IMG/VR virus record: IMGVR_UViG_3300021976_000008
Location: 25,164 to 89,163 of that record
Origin: a virus
Lineage: Duplodnaviria > Heunggongvirae > Uroviricota > Caudoviricetes
Reading direction: 5' to 3' (one strand)
DNA length: 64,000 nt
Below are positions 9,989 to 19,310 of the stretch, piece after piece. The translations under genes were made by a program, and so were the position numbers. Within the stretch, counting starts at the first letter, position 1, and the number at the start of each line of letters is the position of its first letter. The notes under the pieces are model-generated. The model had not been told where the DNA came from and did no database searches. It saw only the letters and a program-made list of their open reading frames with translations.

Positions 9989-10903
9989 ATGGCTCGCATC
10001 GGAATCGATCTCGACGGTTGCGTCTACAACTTCGTAGCCGCTCTCCGCAACTATCGCTCTTCGAAGGGCGTCTCATTCGAGTCGATGCCCGAGCCGACAT
10101 CTTGGGAGGTGTGGCGCGACTGGGGAATAACCAAGGAAGAGTTCATCCAGGCGCAGATCGACGCCGAGGCTGTCGGGCTCTTCCACCAGGGTCAAGCGTA
10201 CTTCGGAGCCATTGAAGCCTTGAAGCAGCTCAAAGAGGCTGGGCACTCCATCCACATCATCACCCACCGCCTGCGTCCGGCTGCTCAGACGAGCACGATC
10301 GGATGGCTCAACGCCAACGACGTCCCCTACGACACGCTCACCTTCACTGGGGAGAAGGGCGGCTACCCGGTCGATATCTGCATCGAGGACAACATCGACA
10401 ACGCCCGCGCCATCGAAGCATCGGGCGTTCCGTGCGTCCTTATGAACCGTAGCTGGAACTCTCGCGACACCTGGAGTCGACGTGTCGTCTTCTGGCATCA
10501 GTTCGTGGAGCTGGTACGCAAAGAGGACGTCCTCCTCCGTACGGCTCGCCCGGCTACAGGCGAGGTCCGTGAGACCTCGCCGACTGGTGGAGAGAAAGGC
10601 TCGAAGCCCGAGCAATACTCGATGATCCCGGTAGCCGCTCTGGCTGAGGTGGCCCGAGTCTACGCGATGGGCGCCGATAAGTACTCGCGAGACAACTGGC
10701 GCAAGGGATACCCATGGCACCTGTCCTACGACGCCCTACAGCGCCACATCAACTCCTTCTGGGCCGGGCAGGACTTCGACACCCAGAGCGGGCTCCACCA
10801 CCTTGCCCATGCGACCTTCCATCTCTTCGCTCTCATGACCTATGGCGGAGATCTTGAGAAGTATGCGCAGTACGACGACCGCTATCGGGAGGTGTCGGGA
10901 TGA
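9989..10903 (+). CDS. fusion protein: HAD-type 5'(3')-deoxyribonucleotidase-like N-domain plus dATP/dGTP diphosphohydrolase-like C-domain
   Basis: N-term IGIDLDGCVYNF (HAD motif I); C-term WRKGYPW..SYDALQRH..HHLAHATFHL resembles dGTP_diPhyd_N family. Confidence 0.55.
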   Translation: MARIGIDLDGCVYNFVAALRNYRSSKGVSFESMPEPTSWEVWRDWGITKEEFIQAQIDAEAVGLFHQGQAYFGAIEALKQLKEAGHSIHIITHRLRPAAQTSTIGWLNANDVPYDTLTFTGEKGGYPVDICIEDNIDNARAIEASGVPCVLMNRSWNSRDTWSRRVVFWHQFVELVRKEDVLLRTARPATGEVRETSPTGGEKGSKPEQYSMIPVAALAEVARVYAMGADKYSRDNWRKGYPWHLSYDALQRHINSFWAGQDFDTQSGLHHLAHATFHLFALMTYGGDLEKYAQYDDRYREVSG

Positions 10904-11136
10904 GGGGTATCTGCACCAACTGCATGGCGTTCGGGAACGTCCGGAATGTTCCCGTCGGCAACGACAAGGGGCACCAGCGAGATCCCTATCGGGATCAGAT
11001 CCCCCTCTGCTCCCTCTGCGAAGAGGCGCTTGGGAAGGGCTCGCTGCGCGAGTTCCATGAGCGCTATGAGGACAGCACGACGGTTTACCGCGACGCACTC
11101 GAACCGGAGAAGGAAACCGATGGCAGGGTCACGTAA
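10900..11136 (+). CDS. zinc-finger protein (78 aa)
   Basis: CTNCMAF..CSLCEE cysteine pairs; ATGA coupling. Confidence 0.45.
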   Translation: MRGICTNCMAFGNVRNVPVGNDKGHQRDPYRDQIPLCSLCEEALGKGSLREFHERYEDSTTVYRDALEPEKETDGRVT

Positions 11137-11503
11137 GCCCAACCCCACTCACATCACTCGCTACGAGAGCGAGAGCCACGGTACGAAAGACAGCCAGGGA
11201 ACGCCGTGGCGGTCTTCCCACTACGACCACGGGATCAACGTGCCGGCGGAGTACACGGACGAGATCCGACGCAAGGGGTTCGTTCGAGTCGATGAGACCA
11301 ACGCTGACTACTGGGGTCGCTTGCTCGACGAGCAGGACGATGGCCGTGGCGTCGGCTGGACCGATGGGTACCGGCGGATGGTGGAGAGTCGAGCCGGCGA
11401 CGAGGGGCTCCACTCGGTGCGGACGTGGACCGTTGGCCACATCGTCTGGCCCGGCAAGGCCGACGAGGCATGCAGGGACTGTTCTTATCGGGGAGAAGCG
11501 TGA
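11120..11503 (+). CDS. hypothetical protein (127 aa)
   Basis: ATG at codon 59 of the longer ORF; protein-like composition from MAGSRKPNP. Confidence 0.45.
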   Translation: MAGSRKPNPTHITRYESESHGTKDSQGTPWRSSHYDHGINVPAEYTDEIRRKGFVRVDETNADYWGRLLDEQDDGRGVGWTDGYRRMVESRAGDEGLHSVRTWTVGHIVWPGKADEACRDCSYRGEA

Positions 11504-12102
11504 TGCGACCCGGCGTCACGGTCGTGATTCCGACCATCCCACCTCGCGTTGACATGCTCGAACGCGCTATCCGCTCGACCATGCTTCAGACAAGGTCACC
11601 AGAGGCCCTCAGCGTCGCCCTGGACCTCTCGCACGAGGGCGCGGGTCCCACAAGGACCCGAGCCCTCCGCAACGTCTCTACGGAGTTCAGCGCCTTCCTA
11701 GACGACGACGACTACCTCTATCCCAACCACCTCGAAACGCTCATGGCCGTGCAGGAGCAGACAGGCGCCCTCGTCTGTTGGTCATGGTGGGACGGGAACC
11801 GAGTCTGGGACTACGAGTGCGAGGAACGGCGCTGCCCGGATAACTGCCATCGACACAAGGCGATGGACTTCGAGCACCCGCACCTCTTCGGGATCACCTA
11901 CCTGGTGAACACGGAACTCGCACAGCAGTGCGAGTTCCCCGGACCGGAGCCTGGCGAGGAGTTCTATGGCAACGAGGACTACCACTTCCTTCTACAACTG
12001 ACCAAGCTTACCAAGCCGAGCGACTGGGCTCACGATCCCCGGATCACCTGGCACTACTCCGTCCACGGGGGCAACACGAGCGGCCGAGGCGACCGATGGT
12101 GA
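11503..12102 (+). CDS. glycosyltransferase family 2
   Basis: VTVVIPTIPPRVDMLERAIRS...AFLDDDD (GT-A DxD) ; start overlaps upstream stop. Confidence 0.75.
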   Translation: MRPGVTVVIPTIPPRVDMLERAIRSTMLQTRSPEALSVALDLSHEGAGPTRTRALRNVSTEFSAFLDDDDYLYPNHLETLMAVQEQTGALVCWSWWDGNRVWDYECEERRCPDNCHRHKAMDFEHPHLFGITYLVNTELAQQCEFPGPEPGEEFYGNEDYHFLLQLTKLTKPSDWAHDPRITWHYSVHGGNTSGRGDRW

Positions 12103-12746
12103 GCATCTCCGTCGTCGTGCCGAGCATCCCGCCTCGGGTCGAGCAGCGCGCCGATATCCAAAGGCAGATCGAAGCGCAGACGCGTCCACCAGATGAGCTG
12201 ATCGTTTGGATAGACGAGGTTGGTGCAGGAGCCGCGGTTACTCGCAACATCGGAATGGCACAGGCCAGCTCTGAGTTCATCGCCTTCTTTGATGACGACG
12301 ACGAGATGTACCCCAATCATCTCGAACTGCTCGAACGCACGCAGCGGAGAACAAACGCCGACTTCGTCTACCCGTGGCACCACATCAGGCCCCCGATGCG
12401 CAATCCACTAGCGGTCTGCGGCGAAGATCCGTTCGGGCGACCATTCGATTACGCCGCGAGGCGACAGATCCTGCATGGCATCAACTTCATCCCGATAGCC
12501 GTGCTGGTCCGTCGCGAGCTGATGCTGAGCATCGGTGGCTTCCATGACTTCAAATTGGACGAATGGGACCCGGAGCGCTGCGAGATCCTCAACGCCTGGC
12601 AAAAGCTCCTACGAGCTGGGGCCTCCTTCGCCCACTGCCCATATAGGACGTGGGCCGCTGTGCGGAATGGCCAGAACACGGCCGGGCTCGGCTGGCGGGA
12701 ACACATCGGCACCAAGCAACGCGGCTACGACGAAGGAGACCGCTAG
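12096..12746 (+). CDS. glycosyltransferase family 2 (paralogue of previous)
   Basis: ISVVVPSIPPRV...AFFDDDDEMYPNHLE; ATGGTGA overlap. Confidence 0.75.
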   Translation: MVSISVVVPSIPPRVEQRADIQRQIEAQTRPPDELIVWIDEVGAGAAVTRNIGMAQASSEFIAFFDDDDEMYPNHLELLERTQRRTNADFVYPWHHIRPPMRNPLAVCGEDPFGRPFDYAARRQILHGINFIPIAVLVRRELMLSIGGFHDFKLDEWDPERCEILNAWQKLLRAGASFAHCPYRTWAAVRNGQNTAGLGWREHIGTKQRGYDEGDR

Positions 12747-13354
12747 TGCTGGAAGTCGTCCAGGAACCTTTCCCTCACGCCATCGTCGACGGCTACTGGG
12801 ATCAAGACCTTCTCCGCGACGTACGCGAAGAGATCTGTCTCATCGACGTCGCCCTCTGCCGCCGCTACAACAACGAACGCGAGAACAAGTACGACGCCGG
12901 GGTGCACCTGTTCGGAGCGCAGACGCGGGCGCTCTTCGATCAGATCCGCTCCTTGACTCCGCTACTCAGCGAAGCCTTCGGTGTCCCCGATCTGGAAATG
13001 GAGGAGAACAGCGGGTGTCACCTGATCCCCCCGGGCGGGTATCTCGCTGTCCACACTGACTGGAATCGCAGCCAGGTGACCAAGCTCTACCGGCGGCTGA
13101 ACCTCCTCATCTATCTCAATGAGGGATGGTCGGAGGAGGGGGGCTGCTTGCACATCGAGGGGGTCGATCCTCCGACGCTCATCCGCATCGAGCCCGAGTT
13201 CAACCGGATGGTCGCTTTCGAGGCAAGTGACCGGAGCTGGCATGGGCATCCGCTACCAGCGGAGCGGTGGCGCTTCAGCGCCGCCGGCTACTTCTCGTCA
13301 CCCGAGCCTCCTCCGGGCTACATGGAAGAGCACGACACGCTGTGGCTCCGATGA
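12746..13354 (+). CDS. 2OG-Fe(II) oxygenase superfamily protein (prolyl-4-hydroxylase-like)
   Basis: HTDWN..(Hx D) ...LNLLIYLNEGW...RMVAFEASDRSWHGHP (distal His, RxS). Confidence 0.65.
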   Translation: MLEVVQEPFPHAIVDGYWDQDLLRDVREEICLIDVALCRRYNNERENKYDAGVHLFGAQTRALFDQIRSLTPLLSEAFGVPDLEMEENSGCHLIPPGGYLAVHTDWNRSQVTKLYRRLNLLIYLNEGWSEEGGCLHIEGVDPPTLIRIEPEFNRMVAFEASDRSWHGHPLPAERWRFSAAGYFSSPEPPPGYMEEHDTLWLR

Positions 13355-13983
13355 CCCATATCGCAGTCTGCATCCCGTCGATCGGCAAGTCCGGGCAGAT
13401 GCTCGATGACCTCATTGCCGTGTGTCGTGCGGAGCGAAGCGTCATCCACATCGGCGTCTACGACAACAGCGCAGATGGCTCCTGTGGTCAGGGGATGCCT
13501 CGCCCAGGCTGGACGATCTACGAGGAGTTCAACGAATTCGGCGAGCTGTGGAACAACCACGCACACATGGCCTACCTGAATGACGACATCGTCATGGCCC
13601 CCGGCACACTCGACGCTCTCGCTGCTGAGTTCGTAGGCAATGCTGACCTCGGACTCATATCCGTCGATCGTGACGAGGCACGAGCGAGGGTTCGGCCTAG
13701 TCGTGTACGGCGCACCGCTGGCACGGTGCGCCAGGGTGGCATCAACTCCTGGCTGTTCATGGTTAGGCGCTTCTGCTGGCCGGGAATCGATGAGCGATTC
13801 CAGGTGTGGTATGGGGACGATGATCTCATTTGGAAGATCAGAGAGCGAGACAAGGAAGTCGCTGTCCTCGAAGGTGTAAGCGTCGAGCATCGCCATTCGC
13901 TGACACTGAACACGATCCCCGGTGTCGGTGAACTGCAAGCTGCCGACGCGGATCTGTGGCATCGACAGATGGGGCGCCCGTGA
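13351..13983 (+). CDS. putative glycosyltransferase (GT-A-like)
   Basis: ATGA-coupled; N-terminal Rossmann-like start HIAVCIPSIGK and YGDDDL motif. Confidence 0.5.
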   Translation: MTHIAVCIPSIGKSGQMLDDLIAVCRAERSVIHIGVYDNSADGSCGQGMPRPGWTIYEEFNEFGELWNNHAHMAYLNDDIVMAPGTLDALAAEFVGNADLGLISVDRDEARARVRPSRVRRTAGTVRQGGINSWLFMVRRFCWPGIDERFQVWYGDDDLIWKIRERDKEVAVLEGVSVEHRHSLTLNTIPGVGELQAADADLWHRQMGRP

Positions 13984-14600
13984 TCGGCTACGGAATTTGC
14001 GTTGGCTCGTGGGACAAGTTCCATCGCTACATCGCGCCGAAGGTCAGAGATCGACCCGTCATCGCCATGTCGGGACAGAAGTCGATCAGCATCGCATACA
14101 ACAAGATCCTCAACGAGTTCTACGACTACGACCCAGAGCTTGAGGCCGTCGTGTTGCTGCATGACGACCTTGAGATGGCAGACACCCACGTCGAGGAGAA
14201 GATCCGAGCGGCGATCGAACCCGACGTTGGGCTTATCGGCGTAGCCGGCGGCGGACCAAGCATGTGGTGGTGGAACCATGACCCGATCGGCCATCAGATA
14301 ACTGACACTCGCCTGCTTGAGTTTGGCAATAGGCGCTCCGGTGACGTCGCCATGATCGAAGGCAGCTTCATGGTGTTCACCCGCCGGGCGGTCAAGTGTC
14401 TTCGATTTGATGAGCGCTACGAGTTCTTGGGCTACGACGATATCTGTCTACATGCTCGGGAGATCGAGCTGCGTGTGGTGGTCGCTGACATCACCACCCA
14501 CCATCACTCGACCCTTGGCTTCAAATCGAAAGAGGTCGAGGCGATGTGGAAGCGATCCGAGCGGATCTTCGAGTCCAAATGGGGAAGGCCCCATGACTGA
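13980..14600 (+). CDS. glycosyltransferase (GT-A fold)
   Basis: VIGYGICVGSWDKF...VVLLHDDLEM...GYDDICL motifs; GTGA coupling. Confidence 0.6.
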   Translation: MIGYGICVGSWDKFHRYIAPKVRDRPVIAMSGQKSISIAYNKILNEFYDYDPELEAVVLLHDDLEMADTHVEEKIRAAIEPDVGLIGVAGGGPSMWWWNHDPIGHQITDTRLLEFGNRRSGDVAMIEGSFMVFTRRAVKCLRFDERYEFLGYDDICLHAREIELRVVVADITTHHHSTLGFKSKEVEAMWKRSERIFESKWGRPHD

Positions 14601-14838
14601 AGACTGTCGCTGTATCTGCTACTGCGAGCACACGCTAAGCGAGCACGGCGAGGGCATCTTCGGTCGTCCATGTCTAAAGGACTGCTACTGCTCAGCGTTC
14701 GAGCGCTACCTCGAAAACGACGCTGAGCCCTGCGGGAAGCACCCCGGCTGCGGCGTCCATCTCGACGGCTGGTGCTACTGCGGTGACATCGATGCCAGCG
14801 GGCACGCCATGGTCTGCGCGGAGTGCTTCGATGGCTAA
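14593..14838 (+). CDS. Cys-rich small protein (81 aa, 12 Cys)
   Basis: MTEDCRCICYCEH...; embedded in glycosylation operon by ATGA coupling. Confidence 0.5.
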   Translation: MTEDCRCICYCEHTLSEHGEGIFGRPCLKDCYCSAFERYLENDAEPCGKHPGCGVHLDGWCYCGDIDASGHAMVCAECFDG

Positions 14839-15796
14839 GCGAGTCCTGGTCACAGGCGGCCGGGGCTTCGCCGGCCGCCACACGATCGAGCATCTGCTTG
14901 CTACGACGGATTGGCACATCACCACGCTCGAACGGCCACGGCACCAGCCGTCCATCAGCGATCGCCTCGTGCAACTGCCACACGATCTACGCAAGCCGAT
15001 CCCCGACTGGCTGAGCGAGGATTGGATCGGCCACGTGGATGCGGTGATCCACCTCGCCGCCTCGGCGGATGTGCATCAGTGCTTAAAGGCCCCGTCTGAG
15101 CACGTGCTCAACAACGTGGGTGGCGTACTGACAATGCTCGAATGGGCACGCTCACGGCGCCTGAGCCACTTCGTGCTGGTATCGACCAACGAAGTCTACG
15201 GGCCGACCCTCGTCGGCCCGGACGGGAAGAAGGAGTGGTCGCCGATCATTCCCGCGACGCCCTACTCCGGCAGCAAGGCGGCGCAGGAAGCACTGGCGAT
15301 CTCGTGGTGGCGAACGTTCGATGTTCCCGTCGTCATCACCAACACGATGCAGCTCTTTGGCATTGGGCAACCGAACGAGCGATTCATCCCGACTGTCGTC
15401 AGGCACTTGACGCGAGGCGAGCCCGTACCGGTCTATGCCCTCTGGACCGGCAGCGAATGGCGTTCGGCTAGTCGATGCTGGACCTATGTCAACAACCACG
15501 CTGACGCCCTCAGATGGATTCTGAGCCGCGGGCCTCAAGCCTCGCCTTCGCGCCCCGCTCGATGGAACATCGCTGGCCCAGAGTTGAGCTGTGAGCGACT
15601 CGTGCGGCGCATCGCTGAGCTGCTTGGAGTCGAACCGGAGTTCGAGTTTGTCGAGAGTGACACCGCTCGTCCTGGCCATGAGCTGAGGTACTCGCTCGAC
15701 ACCACGAAGATCCATGACGCGGGTTGGAGCGAGCCATTCGACTTCGATTACGCGTTGGCGGAGACCGTAACGGAACTAGCGAGGGGAAAGCGATGA
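14831..15796 (+). CDS. NAD-dependent epimerase/dehydratase (NDP-sugar 4,6-dehydratase/4-epimerase family)
   Basis: VLVTGGRGFAGRH (GxxGxxG) and YSGSKAAQE (YxxxK) catalytic motifs. Confidence 0.8.
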   Translation: MAKRVLVTGGRGFAGRHTIEHLLATTDWHITTLERPRHQPSISDRLVQLPHDLRKPIPDWLSEDWIGHVDAVIHLAASADVHQCLKAPSEHVLNNVGGVLTMLEWARSRRLSHFVLVSTNEVYGPTLVGPDGKKEWSPIIPATPYSGSKAAQEALAISWWRTFDVPVVITNTMQLFGIGQPNERFIPTVVRHLTRGEPVPVYALWTGSEWRSASRCWTYVNNHADALRWILSRGPQASPSRPARWNIAGPELSCERLVRRIAELLGVEPEFEFVESDTARPGHELRYSLDTTKIHDAGWSEPFDFDYALAETVTELARGKR

Positions 15797-16989
15797 AGCG
15801 CCATTTCTGTGCCGCCTGCGGCTACGACAACCTTGAGATGTTCCTCGACCTCGGGCTGTCGCCAATCGCCGATGCCTATACGAGCGAGCCACGCGAGGTC
15901 AGTCCTCGATTCCCGCTTCAGGTGGGGGTCTGCACGGGCTGCTGGCTCGTGCAGCTCTTGGAAGTCGTTGACCATCAGATCCTGTTTGGCACCGGCTACA
16001 GCTTCTACAGCTCTGCATCGGCGCCGCTCTCGGCTTACCACGAGGACTACGCCACCGATGTCCTGAAGGATTTCCGTCCTTTGGCAGAACGGCTGACTGT
16101 CGAGATCGGATGCAACGACGGCGACATGCTGTATCACTTCGCCGAGGCGGGATGCAGGGTACTAGGAGTCGACCCGGCCTCTGGGCCGGTGTCGGTCGCT
16201 CGCACCCACGGGCTCGATGTCCGAGAAGAGCCGTTCTGCCTGAACACCGCTAAGCAGATCGTCGGCGAGCATGGCCCGGCCGGCGTCGTCATTGCCAACC
16301 ACGTCCTCGCTCATGTCGAGTCGGTGAGCGGTGTCCTTGAGGGCATTGCCTATCTACTGGCCGACGATGGCATTGCTTTCATCGAGGTGCAGTACCTGCC
16401 GGACCTCCTCGTGAACAATGCCTTCGATCTCATCTACCACGAGCACCGCAACTTCTTCTCGCTCACGAGCCTGACAAGCGCCCTAAGCCAATGGGACCTA
16501 CACGTAGCCAAGGTCGAGCTGACCGACCGACAGGGGGGCTCTCTTCGTGTCTGCGTCACCAAGCGGCCAGGCCACAACTCCGGCAGCGATCGCATCATTG
16601 CCAAGGAAGCCTGGCTCAATCAGGTCGGGGTCTACCGCGGGTTCCAGGGGCGAATCGAGCGCATCCGAGATCGACTGCTCGACCTGATCCACGGTGAGTT
16701 CGAGGGGCAATGCGTCGCTGGCTACGGCGCCCCGGCCAAGGCGACCACGCTTCTCAACTACTGCTCGTTGACCGACAGCGACATCAGCTTCGTGATCGAC
16801 TCCACGGCCGCCAAGCAAGGCCGCTACATCCCGGGCACGGGCATCCTGATCGTCAGTCCAGAGACCCCAATTGACTCTGCCGACGCGATGCTTCTTTTGA
16901 GTTGGAATTACTCCGCGCAGATCATCCGCAACAACGCCGACTATCGAGGTAAGTGGATCATCCCGATCCCGGCACCGATGGTCCTATGA
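15793..16989 (+). CDS. NDP-hexose C-methyltransferase (TylC3-like: Zn-ribbon N-domain, class I SAM MTase, C-MTase C-domain)
   Basis: CAACGYDNLEMFLDLGLSPIADAY N-terminal zinc domain; GCNDGDML SAM motif; C-terminal GYGAPAKATTLLNYC. Confidence 0.75.
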   Translation: MKRHFCAACGYDNLEMFLDLGLSPIADAYTSEPREVSPRFPLQVGVCTGCWLVQLLEVVDHQILFGTGYSFYSSASAPLSAYHEDYATDVLKDFRPLAERLTVEIGCNDGDMLYHFAEAGCRVLGVDPASGPVSVARTHGLDVREEPFCLNTAKQIVGEHGPAGVVIANHVLAHVESVSGVLEGIAYLLADDGIAFIEVQYLPDLLVNNAFDLIYHEHRNFFSLTSLTSALSQWDLHVAKVELTDRQGGSLRVCVTKRPGHNSGSDRIIAKEAWLNQVGVYRGFQGRIERIRDRLLDLIHGEFEGQCVAGYGAPAKATTLLNYCSLTDSDISFVIDSTAAKQGRYIPGTGILIVSPETPIDSADAMLLLSWNYSAQIIRNNADYRGKWIIPIPAPMVL

Positions 16990-17981
16990 AGGTCTTCGTG
17001 TCGCCAGGTGATACCGGCCCCTGTGGCTACTACCGCCTTATCTGGCCGGCACGTGCGGCCGCTTGGCACGAGGAAGTCGAGATCGCCGACGATCGCTACA
17101 TCGGCTGGCGGATGGATGACTACATCAACTATCTGACCAAGCCTCACGCTGACGTCGTCGTTATCCAGCGGCCATCGAATCAGACCACGGTCGACGCAGT
17201 ACCCAGGCTCCGTGCTCGGGGGATCGCCGTCGTCGTGGACATGGACGACGACCTCTCCTCCGTCCACCCCGACAACGCCGCCTACTACTGGGCTCAGGAG
17301 TTCAACGACTACGCGATGAAGGCATGCGCTCAGGCCAGCCTCGTCACTGTCACAACAGAAGCACTCGCCAAACGCTACGCGCCTCACGGGCGCGTACGCA
17401 TCCTGCCCAATTGCGTGCCGGCCTCGTATCTCAAGATCCCACATCGAGATAGCGGCTTGGTTGGCTGGGGAGGCGCCCTCAGGTCACACCCGAACGATCT
17501 CGACGTGCTCGGAGACTCGATAGCGAACCTGATCGCTGCCGGCGTTGACTTCAAAGTCGTCGGTCCCAAGGGCGGCCTCGGACGGGCACTGAAGTTGGAG
17601 AAAGAACCCTTCGCTACCGACGGGGTGCCGCTGGACTATTGGCCAACCGAGTTGAGCAAGATCGGCATCGGGATCGCTCCCCTCGCACTGACGGAGTTCA
17701 ACGCAGCGAAGTCACGGCTGCGGCCGTTGGAGTACTCGGCCCTAGGTGTGCCATGGGTCGCCTCGCCGACTGCTGACTATCAGAAGTTCCATGCGCTCGG
17801 CGTTGGACGCCTCGCTAGCTCTCCTGAGGAATGGGAGTCCGAGCTATGGGGCCTTGTGATCAATCGGCACCTTCGCGACGAGCTGGCCGACGCCGGTCGA
17901 GAACTCGCTAAAGCGAACACCATCGAGGCGAACGCTTCCCAATGGATCGAGGCTTGGTCTGATGCCACGAAGAACGCATAG
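16986..17981 (+). CDS. glycosyltransferase (GT-B-like)
   Basis: ATGA-coupled last gene of the cassette; two Rossmann-like halves. Confidence 0.55.
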   Translation: MKVFVSPGDTGPCGYYRLIWPARAAAWHEEVEIADDRYIGWRMDDYINYLTKPHADVVVIQRPSNQTTVDAVPRLRARGIAVVVDMDDDLSSVHPDNAAYYWAQEFNDYAMKACAQASLVTVTTEALAKRYAPHGRVRILPNCVPASYLKIPHRDSGLVGWGGALRSHPNDLDVLGDSIANLIAAGVDFKVVGPKGGLGRALKLEKEPFATDGVPLDYWPTELSKIGIGIAPLALTEFNAAKSRLRPLEYSALGVPWVASPTADYQKFHALGVGRLASSPEEWESELWGLVINRHLRDELADAGRELAKANTIEANASQWIEAWSDATKNA

Positions 17982-18051
17982 GAGCCCGCAGTGATCCCCA
18001 GTCGAGAAGTCATCGAAGAGATCATCATCCGGGAACAACACAGGAGAGAAC

Positions 18052-18255
18052 ATGCTCAACGATCTCCTGCACAAGGTGTCCCTCGTTCGGAACATCCGGG
18101 ATCGATCGAAGATCCGACGCGCTGCTGAGCGCTACCTCGATTCGCGGCACTACACGCTCTACGCCGATTGGGACATCTCTCATCCCGATCGTAAGGCAGA
18201 GGCTGCTGAGTGGCTGACGAATCAAGTCATCAACGTACTCGACGAGATCAACTGA
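18052..18255 (+). CDS. hypothetical protein (67 aa)
   Basis: ORF with RBS ACAGGAGAGAA upstream. Confidence 0.45.
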   Translation: MLNDLLHKVSLVRNIRDRSKIRRAAERYLDSRHYTLYADWDISHPDRKAEAAEWLTNQVINVLDEIN

Positions 18256-18271
18256 TCAAAGGAGAAGCGAC

Positions 18272-18445
18272 ATGCTCAAATACATCAAGGCCATCGCTGC
18301 TGCGGCGTCATCGTTTGCTGCCACGCTTGGCCTCGTCTTGCAGGACGACGCCATCTCCCTGGACGAGCTGAGCGTGCTCAAGGCGGCTGCCGTGGCGATC
18401 CTGGTCGCCGTTGGCGTGGCGTTCTCGCCCAAGAACCAGCCCTGA
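18272..18445 (+). CDS. small membrane protein (57 aa)
   Basis: AAAGGAGAAG RBS then ATG; hydrophobic AAVAILVAVGVAF. Confidence 0.45.
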   Translation: MLKYIKAIAAAASSFAATLGLVLQDDAISLDELSVLKAAAVAILVAVGVAFSPKNQP

Positions 18446-18453
18446 CCAGCGAC

Positions 18454-18481
18454 TTGACGGCGCGGTGCGGTGTGATACCAT
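18454..18481 (+). promoter_or_regulatory. SigA-like promoter TTGACG-16-TACCAT overlapping an operator half-site (GTGATAC)
   Basis: Hexamer match and spacing read from sequence; lies in a 120-bp intergenic gap before a rightward gene block. Confidence 0.3.
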
Positions 18482-18563
18482 ACCGAAGTGACGGCGAGTC
18501 ACCTGCAAGAGCCCTCGGCCTACCCCCCTGGTCCGGGGGCTCTTCCGCGTCCGACGGAGAGTC

Positions 18564-18731
18564 ATGGACATAACCGCTTGCTCCGAGTGTCGAGCTTTCT
18601 ACGTCAGCAACCGCGACGCCTTGATGTACGCGTGCGCGTCGGTTGGGATTGTTGAGGGGAAGTCCACTGGCGCGATGTTGCGGCTCTACATGGAGGGCTA
18701 CCACAACGACGGACATCGGGAGCCGGATTGA
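18564..18731 (+). CDS. hypothetical protein (55 aa)
   Basis: GACGGAGAG RBS; stop overlaps next start. Confidence 0.4.
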   Translation: MDITACSECRAFYVSNRDALMYACASVGIVEGKSTGAMLRLYMEGYHNDGHREPD

Positions 18732-19012
18732 TGGCAATCGAGAAGCCCGAAGATATCGACGAGGTCTTGGACGCACTAGATCGGGCGGGCGACTTGGACT
18801 CGGGCAATATCGAGGACGGCATCCTGCAACTGCACGAGGTATTGCTCAACAGCGGTGCCAACCCCGAGGACCCGACGAACTACCGAGCCATCATCGCCGT
18901 AGGAGCGGTCATCGCCAGCTTGCCCCCGGTGTTGTGGGTACCCATCACGGAAGAGCTGATTCGGGTAAGCATGCGAGCCCTGCGGGACCTGAGGAACCGT
19001 GGCGGGTCCTAG
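18731..19012 (+). CDS. hypothetical protein (93 aa)
   Basis: ATG coupled to upstream stop. Confidence 0.5.
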   Translation: MAIEKPEDIDEVLDALDRAGDLDSGNIEDGILQLHEVLLNSGANPEDPTNYRAIIAVGAVIASLPPVLWVPITEELIRVSMRALRDLRNRGGS

Positions 19013-19235
19013 AACCCGCTTCCGCTACCGGCGGGAGCGGGCGGACAACAAGGAGAACGACACCACCGACCGCAAGGCCTTCGAGCGCTGGCTCAGAGAG
19101 GCCGAGCCAGGCGATAGGTTCTTCGTCGCCGATTGCCGCTGGGTGCAATGCGAGCAGGACGGCACGGTCATCTCCGGCGGCGACGAGATCCCCCACGTGC
19201 GGTGGGTGACCGAAGCCGATGCAGTGGAGAACTAG
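18999..19235 (+). CDS. hypothetical protein (78 aa)
   Basis: GTG start overlapping upstream gene end. Confidence 0.4.
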   Translation: MAGPRTRFRYRRERADNKENDTTDRKAFERWLREAEPGDRFFVADCRWVQCEQDGTVISGGDEIPHVRWVTEADAVEN

Positions 19236-19310
19236 ACAGGGCTAGGTCGAGTGCTCGGGGGTTGACATGGCGTGGTACACTTCTTTCGGAAGCTACGGAA
19301 GGAAGCGTAC

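Noticed and set aside
19262-19310. Promoter at TTGACA (19268)
   Set aside because: No acceptable -10 hexamer at 16-18 bp spacing; shares the GGCGTGGTAC element with the 39.7-kb operator region, but on its own this is too weak to call.
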